Positions 54,916 through 64,000 of a DNA stretch of 64,000 nt are shown here, piece after piece. The first letter of the stretch is position 1; every line of letters begins with the position of its first letter. The stretch comes from Eledone cirrhosa. Lineage: Eukaryota. The stretch is taken from contig OZ024745.1 in the NCBI GenBank assembly GCA_964016885.1, positions 51,274,001 to 51,338,000 of the forward strand, in the 5' to 3' direction. A program made the position numbers and the translations under genes. Under the pieces are notes generated by a model, which made no database searches, had not been told where the DNA came from, and saw nothing but the letters and a program-made list of their open reading frames with translations.

Positions 54916-55642
54916 GGCGGTGGATTGGCAGTATCGGTGGAGGGTCGGACGCCATGCTTTCCAGTATAGTTACGTCCCTTTACGATCTGAGTTCAAATCC
55001 CGCCGAGGTTGACTTTGCCTTTCATCCTTACGGGGTCGATAAAATAAAGTACCAGTAATGCACTGGGTAATTGCTGGCCTTGTGCCTAAAGTAGAAACAA
55101 TTATATGTAAAAGGATCTGTGGATTGGCAGTATCAGTAGAGGTTCGGACGCTATGCTTTCCAGCATAGTTACGTCCCTTTACGATCTGAGTTCAAATCTC
55201 GCCGAGGTTGACTTTACCTTTCATCCTTACGGGGTCGATAAAATAAAGTACCAGTAATGCACTGGGTAATTGCTGGCCTTGTGCCTAAAGTAGAAACAAT
55301 TATATGTAAAAGGATCTGTGGATTGGCAGTATCAGTAGAGGCTCGGACGCTATGCTTTCCAGCATAGTTACGTCCCTTTACGATCTGAGTTCAAATCTCG
55401 CCGAGGTTGACTTTACCTTTCATCCTTACGGGGTCGATAAAATAAAGTACCAGTAATGCACTGGGTAATTGTTGGCCTTGTGCCTAACGTAGAAACAATT
55501 ATATGTAAAAGGATCAATCATTATCGAGGTCAACTTTGCCTTTCATCCTTACGGGGTCGATAAAATAAAGTACCAGTAATGTACTGGGTATTTGCTGGCC
55601 ATGTGCCAAAAGTAGAAACAATTATATGTAAAGGGATCAATC
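54916..55642 (+). mobile_element. Tandem SINE array: three 199-bp units plus one 5'-truncated unit
   Basis: ggattggcagtatc recurs at 54922, 55121 and 55320. The truncated unit starts near 55524. Confidence 0.92.
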
Positions 55643-55959
55643 GCTGAAGATCCATTATAGCCATACCACCACAAAAAAAACTGGTATGTTTAGATTATTT
55701 CTAGATGTCAAACTTTTGGCCCATTCTTAGCAGCCTGCATACTCCAGAATCTATAATGGAGCGAGAAAAAGTTCGAAAATATTTCAAAGAATATAGGTGC
55801 AATAACCATTGAATTATATGCCCTTAGCCACTTTTTACCGTCATTTTAGATGTTATGCCTGTTAGGCTGAACATGTAAACGTGCATTGATTTATTTACGA
55901 AGCATTGACCATTGGAATAGCTTGTGAGATGGGATTTGCTCTCATTATTTTGGGAGCCC

Positions 55960-56160
55960 AGGTTAACTTTGCCTTTCATCCTTACGGAGTCGATAAAATA
56001 AAGTACCAGTAATGTACTGGGTATTTTCTGGCCTTGTGCCAAAACTAGAAACAATTATTTTGGGAGGATAACTTTGCCTTTCATCCTTATGAGGTCGATA
56101 AAATAAAGTACCAATAATGCACTGGGTAATTGCTGGCCTTGTGCCAAAAGTAGAAACAAT
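55960..56160 (+). mobile_element. Two tandem 5'-truncated SINEs
   Basis: Two core-plus-tail copies, each bounded by attattttgggag. Confidence 0.88.
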
Positions 56161-58203
56161 TATTTTGGGAGGATAGTTCATGGTATTGTGGTCTCATTTA
56201 TGTGGGATCTTGATGTCGAATTGATATGACAAATAGTTTACTCCTCTATACAAATCTACATTTAGGCCCTGAAATATTAATTTAAATATACCGACGTCCT
56301 TTGAGATATTGAATTTGAATGTGTTTACATTTAATCAAACCAATCTTAGTTGTGAATACCTATAGCAAGAATTAGGTTAACTAAGATCAACACGACATTT
56401 TAAGGTAAATATAGTACCGGCTTTCTTGCTAGTGGCATTCGCTTTTAAATGACCGGAATTCCGAAGTGGCGGAAGATTCAACATGTATTTTGAGTAAACG
56501 GAGCCACCAAATAGAGAGCTCCAGGTTAGTGAATAAGATAATTATAGGAATAAGTGATAAGAAAAAAATCTAACTTCGGAGATTCACCATTTTACATGCA
56601 TGTACAATATTTTAATGTTCTCCCTTAAAAAGGTACAACATATTTAGATCTTCACAGAACCCTATATCATCGAAACAGGCATTTCGCTGTTAGTTGACAT
56701 AATATAAATTTCCAAGAAATCACATCTTACCGTTCTATAAAAAGGATAGTAGACGCCACATTGTTTACGACAATGTGCTTTCAGGTGTTCAATCATGTAA
56801 AACCTATGTTCTTTAGATTGACTTACAAGCGTTTGGAGTTTCCAGAGACAACACGATCTTATGATTAACACAAACAGAATAAGTGCGACAAATTATATGG
56901 AAATAGAGGGCATATAAAATCTAAGTACAATCCATTCACCGATAACAGTATACATCTACCCAACTGTACTCAAGAGATTTGGTTGTCCCGATAAGAAATA
57001 TAATTGCCAAATATGCCACGCGTTGAGAACAAACCCTAGATCATATGATTTCAAGGTTAACCTCGCAATCACTTGTAATGCTTGCATTAAAAAACATGCA
57101 ATCAATTATATAGTACAAAACATAATTGCTAACACTGATCTGGAATGGTCATGACTTAAAAGATTTGGTCATAGGTCTACAATCAAGTCTTAGTTGGTTA
57201 TAAACAGTGCCAAAAGTAATAGAGTATTCACCCGCAGCCAATATTTTATTACAGCAGAATTGAACCTGGTCGCAAAACATCTTAATGTACATCTTAAGAT
57301 CATTAATATGCCATATCTAGTCATTAACCTGTCAAGACGTAAGAAAAACCGAGTGACTTGTTATAAAATTGGTTATTCATATGTACAAGACGACTTATAT
57401 TAACATATAATATGTTTGCCCCGAAACACACGTTGATGTACACAAACACACTGCCACATTCAGATTAAGCACATACGCACAAATAGATGAATATGAACAT
57501 AAAACCAAAGACAAACAAATTCAAACACATAAACACACATTCACACACATAAAACACACAAACTCACCTATGTATAGCGTGATAAAAGATTGTGTGCTAA
57601 TGACATCAAACTCTCGGGAAATCATGGATGGTTGGTCATGCGTTTGATTAGCAAACACAATTTCTCTTCAGTAACACACGTCTGATCTCCACTCATTGAT
57701 GCGTTGTGTTAACTTTCAGACACTGCCACCCATACAACGCCATCGCCTGCCTCATGATCATCACTGGGTCCGTACTAATTCCGATAAAAAACCGGATTAT
57801 AGACTAACTTTCATTATGAATCTGAATAAATAAATTAAAAAACAACAAAAATTACATAATTCATATTCTATGTAAAGCACATAGAACCAAATATTAAATA
57901 TTTGTAAAAATGTATTCATCCTTTATTAAAATTATCTAATTTCCTCTATAGTAAATTATTAGTTAACTGGATTTTTGTCGGCTCCACTGTTAGATAGCAT
58001 TTGCTCTTACACGCACTTAAACTAATTGTTTGTGATTAAAGTCTAGTGTTAGGGAGAAACAGTGCAACTGCCAATCTGTGGACACTGCGATAAACAGGCA
58101 AAACTCCAGAGTAACAAGACTCACTATTTAGCCTTAATAAAATGAATTTTAAAACTCTACTTCGGTACTTAATACTCCTTTTTTTCAGCCGTCAACCACA
58201 TAC

Positions 58204-58263
<60 letters not shown>

Positions 58264-58474
58264 TTAAGAACCCGACCGCGACGCCAAATGTTTCGGCTTG
58301 TGTTCAGCAAGATTTTTCAATGGCGTACAACACTCTCTATCTCTCTCTATCTCTCTCTATAGCCACTCTGAATCTCTCCATGCATTGAGTACTCCTTTGA
58401 ATCGTGTTCGTCCCGGTCTCAGCAATGCAGACTCTCTTGCTCTCTCTCTATATCTATCCCTCTTTCTCTCTCTC

Positions 58475-58512
<38 letters not shown>

Positions 58513-58574
58513 GAGAGAGAGAGAGCAAGAGACTCTTATTATTACTATATATAAATATATTTATTTATTAGTTT

Positions 58575-59111
58575 AAACCAACAACAGGTCGTACTAGAAG
58601 TTATGTTATAAATTTCAATGTAAAATTCCGTGAAATCACTATACATATTTCAATGGCCCGACTCCTTCATCCAATTATGATTCAAGACAGGACGGTCCCA
58701 TCAGGTAACCTCGATAGAATTACAAAAACAGGGTTAGGTAGAATCCATACTTATCGTCGAAAAATAAACTAGAATATTCGCTGACGCATCTTCGGTTGAC
58801 CGGTGAATGTAGCAGCACTTGAAGACCGCCTGTAGACAAGATAACTTTCCTTCTACAGGCATACTTCAAGTAACATTTTATTTTTTGTTTTCCTCTTTTC
58901 CTCTTTTCAACGTGCTATTCTCTTTTCCCTATCATCTACGATGAGTATGTGTTCTACTTAATCCTCTTTTTGTAATTCTGTTGAAGTTACCCGATGAGAC
59001 CGTCCTGTCTTGCATCATAAATGGATGATAGAGCTGGCCATTGAAATATAGTGATTTCACGGAATTAAAAGTTACAACATATCTTCCAGTACCGCCTTCT
59101 GTTGTCGTTTT
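58575..59111 (+). mobile_element. Penelope-like remnant with inverted repeat and degenerate hammerhead
   Basis: 58575-58728 is inverted relative to 58966-59111. Motif gttac-CCGATGA-gacc...ggcc-att-GAAATATA-gtgat; the other arm reads CTGATGG. Confidence 0.55.
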
Positions 59112-59255
59112 AAATAATTTACACCGTTTTCAGCGCCAACCACTGGATATCCCTCTACGACGGACGACGTCCATAATGTCGAGTGCTTTAGTATTTCGTT
59201 GCATCAAGATTTTCCTACTAGAAACACCAATTCTACAATTAGCTGATCAAAATAA

Positions 59256-59351
<96 letters not shown>

Positions 59352-59485
59352 AACGAGTAGGACCCCGTCGAAACGGCTTGAGCTCAGCCGTCGGAGCCCT
59401 ACTCGTTCCTATTACCCACTCTACTACCCTAAGTATTGAGTACTTTGGTGCGTTATGGTCCATCTGGTTCCTTACCACATTTCCG

Positions 59486-59583
<98 letters not shown>

Positions 59584-60651
59584 GGAGAGAAAGAGAGAGA
59601 GAGATGAAGAAAGCAAAAGAGTGGTATATATATTTATGCGTGTCTCTGTGTGTCTTTCTCACAAGTATATTGGTGAAGTATGTAAACATCGGTGATTTCC
59701 GAACGATTTCATTTGCAAGAACGAATTTCCTTACGCTTATTTCCACGCTGCCAAACATGCAGTAAGCGGAAATAATAAAATAATGAAAGAAAGAAAAAAA
59801 TGAACAAAAATTATATAACAAAATTATATAGTAAACAATAATTTATGCAGACAATATGCATATCTCGTTGGAGCGACAACTAAATTTAGATATAAGATGT
59901 ACATCTTATACATATCATTATTCATTGAAATTATGGAACATCAACAATACGTGTTCGTTAAGATGCGTACAAGGTCTTAATTTGAAATACATATTGAGAT
60001 AAGAGCGACACATAGTGCTCTAGAATCATAAATCTGTATATAACTTCCGCTATACATATATTGACAAAATATACGATTTATGGCTCCCACTATATCAACC
60101 AAGACAATCGTAAGTGATACTTTAAAAGTTCGACTCAATATTCTTAAATCATAGATTGATTAATATTTTGCATACCCTCTTACTCTCCTACAATTTAAAT
60201 ATTGATACTGATGCGTATTGGTACTGATGTGTATTTACAAATTAGCGATTGTTTCTTTAGGCAAAGCAAATGATTTCCCTTGGAACAGGATATATTACAA
60301 AGTGATTATATCCTCACATTCCTACTAATAATTATTGTAAAGCAGTCATTGAGAAGTAAAATAGACTTAGGTCACTAGAAACACAATAATTCATCGTGAA
60401 AGAAAACACAAACAAAATTGTAAGAGGTTGATTCTAAAGACTCCAGCATGTGTAGATTCATAATTGATTGATAGCCATGTCGCTATTTCAACACTGAATG
60501 TTAAATACTGACATGTTTGGGGACAATCACAGATCTATAATTGTTCAAGTTTTCTAGAAGCAAGCTTTTAGGAGGAAATATATTTGAAATTATATTCACG
60601 GCAATGTACGATAATAGAATTGTGATTGAGTAAGTATACTATTAGATTATT

Positions 60652-60838
60652 GGTGAATTGGCAGTACCGGTAGAGGGTCGGACGCCATGCTTTCCAGCAT
60701 AGTTACGTCGCTTTACGGTCTGAGTTCAAATCCCGTCGAGGTTAACTTTGCCTTTCATCCTTGCGGGGTCGATAAAATAAAGTACCGGTAATGTACTGGG
60801 TAATTGCTGGCCTTGTGCCAAAAAGTAGAAACAATTAT
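60652..60838 (+). mobile_element. tRNA-derived SINE
   Basis: Full head, B box, core and tail. Confidence 0.9.
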
Positions 60839-60944
60839 TTCATGAATGTATGATAGGTACCTGTGGATGAATTTACCACCATGAGTATATACATAACTCA
60901 CTTTGGTATAATCATCTCAATTCATATTAAAATACAGATACATA

Positions 60945-61010
<66 letters not shown>

Positions 61011-61318
61011 TATAGATAGATAGATAGATAGATAGATAAATATACACGGGTGTGTATGATTGTGTATAGAAGATTACATTCATAAGAGGAATTCCAACTT
61101 TGTCTGATTTACTCGTTTTATTTACAATCCTTTAAAATTTATAATGGTATTTTAATGAAATAGTATGATAGAATATTAAATGTCAAATGTTAAGTGTTAA
61201 TTGAACAAGTACTTTCATGCTTTCGCAATCTTCAGGTTCATAATGTGTGGTGACAGTCAAGTTTGCAATTTTCAACTGTATATATATGTGTGTATATATA
61301 TGTGTATATGTATATTTT

Positions 61319-61385
<67 letters not shown>

Positions 61386-61884
61386 CGTGTGCGTGCGTGT
61401 GTGCGCGTGTGTGTGAGTGTGTGTGTGTGTATAATTGAGCTACACACACATATTTACAGAATATTTCCTTTGTCCCTAATAAACAATTTTGTTATATGTG
61501 AAGAAACACCAATACTGCTGCTGCTACTATCATGACTACAGACCTCTCTATAGACAATAGTTCATTTCCCAGTCTCCTTCTCAACAAGGAAGATGGAAAA
61601 CAAATCTTACCTCTTAATTTTAAATCTTTAATTTTTAGTTTTTAATTCTTATTCCTTCTTTTTAATTGTAATACTCAACATTTGATAAGATGAATTTTAT
61701 TCATACATCGAAACTGGTAATACTTTATATACTTTATAAACATTGTAAAACTCTTTTTTAAAAGAATCATCCCTCTCATGTTTTCATTAATGTCACTTTG
61801 ACGAATCAAAGAAAGGAAAAAAAAAAAAAAATAATGGACCCTAAAATATATTTTCTGACCTTTTTCCAACTTCACACCCTCCCC

Positions 61885-61948
<64 letters not shown>

Positions 61949-63529
61949 GTATATATACCCTTACAATTTTATATATGTATATATACATGTGTGTGTGTGT
62001 ACATGTGTGTATGAATATATATATATATATACACACACACGCACACACACATATATATAAATATATGTATATATATATATACATATATACATACATACAT
62101 CATATACACATACATACACACACATATATATATATAAAGAGAGAGAGAGAGAGAAAGAGGGAGAGAGGGAGAGAGAGAGAATAAGAAATCAGATTTGTAG
62201 CTTGTTACGAAACTATTGCATATTACAGCTGTTTCGTTATCGATCAGCTCAGGTTTAATTAGGCGATTATCACAGATTAATTGTCAAATCACAAATTTGT
62301 GTAACATTCGCATGAGCCCTCCTTCCCACTCCCATTTTCTGTGACCATAGTGCCCTTGCCTTTCCCTTCCTTTTCCGTTTTTGAATATTAATAAAGATGT
62401 TATTTTCAAATTAACCTGTAGAATTTGAAGTCTAAAGTTTAAATCTAGAAATGCAGCTAAAATAAAAGGAGCAAATATGTATCGAAATAATCTTGTACTT
62501 ATTTATATGTTCCATGATTGTTCTTATGAGTTTTACAAACATTTAAAATAGTCTCATTCTTTCTAACACATCTTTTCAAAGTATTGAACTTACAATGCAC
62601 ATTTTCTAGCAAGAAATAACACAGGAAAAATACGAGGCGTAGAAAAAAAAATAACAAACAAAGTAGGAAGAATCCACGCAAGATGTTTAATGGAGGATTT
62701 ATTAGCAAATAAAAATGTCATGAAATAAAATAATCATGAATGACATTTTCCAATAAAGACACGATGAAATCGATTACAAATTTAATGCTGTACGAAATTG
62801 CTTGATGGTGAGCAGATCTAAGGATTAATTTAGGTACTTCTTTCAATAATTGAATGCTATATACGTCAACATTGGTGTTATGAATAATATAAAAATGGCC
62901 CCTTTTAGTGAAAAAGAAAATCAAGAGGTTTTTGTAAGTGTGTTTCACATATAACATTTTACGATTATATGCGGATGTCCATTAAGCTATATGTAACAAG
63001 ATACCAGCTAAAATTTCCGGAGTATATTTTAAATAATTTACAAGTTTATACCATTTTGTATTATTCGAAATACGTTCAATATACATATTGTGAAAAGTTC
63101 TACTCAAAATTCTTCCGTTGCTATATAATTGCTAGGTCTATAGGTGTTTTTACTTACAAATGCAGTGGATAATGGTCTCAATACTGTTAGCAGAATAAAC
63201 ATTATTTGTTACTAATAGTAACTGATACGTTGATATGGTCATCGATACTGATTTCTACACTCATATTTTAGTAGCCAGTATTGGGGAAACTTCGAAATAA
63301 TCAAGCACAATGAATGATATACTACGCGAATTTTTTTCTTTCTCCAATCTTTCACTGCATACACACAGACAGACACAGACATCCCCCCCCCCCACACACG
63401 CACACATATATATATATATGAAGAGACGGAGTAAGATATAGAGTGGGGAAGAGTCCGAGATCTTCACGGAAATTACAACCGTAGTCCCTGTTCGTTTTGA
63501 ATTCTGCAAGCGTTTGAATTCTGCAAGCG

Positions 63530-64000
63530 TTCTTACTTCGCATGGATTATTGCTAGTCGTGATAACGGATCTATTTTCGTAATCTTAATAAGAAAATTCA
63601 GAGGCTTCACTCCGTCAAGTCTTCAGAAGCTGTTGTCAAAAAGGACGTGTTTGGTGAAATTTGGAGGTGGTGTTGTATTTTGAGCTTCTTCCAGATGATC
63701 ATGCTGTGAGAGCTAACCTTTATGCTCAACAACAATGTTACTTTAAAAGCCCGCTACTGTGCATTCCTACAGCATGACAATTCCCAAGCACACACTGCCA
63801 ATGAGACTAAGCACAAACTTGAGGAAAACAAGGGGTTGGAACTGATGCTTCACCTCGCCTACAGTCCAGATATTGCACAATCAGATTATCACCTTTTCCA
63901 GGCGAAGGTTCATTGGTAGCGTGGACACAGATTCAAGAATGTGGATGAGATTGAAAATGGGTGTAGGGAGATTTTTGCCTCTAAACCAGCCAGATGATAT
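63530..64000 (+). pseudogene. Mariner/Tc1 transposase catalytic-domain fragment
   Basis: VLYFELLP, FLQHDNSQAHTA and YSPDIAQSDYHLF match the mariner HDNA and YSPDLAPSDYHLF motifs. Frameshifted and runs off the window. Confidence 0.85.

Noticed and set aside
54916-55642. CRISPR-like regular repeat array
   Set aside because: The units are 199-bp SINEs with Pol III boxes and no unique spacers; the context is eukaryotic and has no cas genes.
56662-56871. Short ORF with EHLKAH resembling a C2H2 finger
   Set aside because: It lacks the upstream CxxC spacing and has no supporting exon structure.

Overview
AT-rich, microsatellite-dense eukaryotic DNA with no supportable host protein-coding gene. The SINE family and repeat landscape look like a coleoid cephalopod (octopus-like), which is an inference. 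Most ORF-track entries are microsatellite artefacts. The main content is two clusters of Tx1-clade (L1-like) non-LTR retrotransposons from three subfamilies (called A, B, C here), at 14.1-26.3 kb and 49.6-52.5 kb. All copies face the same way and are separated by (ATCT)n, which suggests microsatellite-specific insertion. In both full-length copies ORF2 is bracketed by a consensus splice donor overlapping the ORF1 stop and an acceptor-like AG formed by the ORF2 stop. Splicing there would regenerate the ORF1 C-terminus and a stop, so ORF2 may lie in an intron; this is the best candidate for a new mechanism. The window also holds Penelope-like elements and remnants in (TA)n with hammerhead ribozyme motifs, and stacks of tRNA-derived SINEs. 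Decayed RTE and R4/Dong LINEs, a piggyBac-type MITE, foldback elements, a U6 fragment and a mariner fragment complete the picture.
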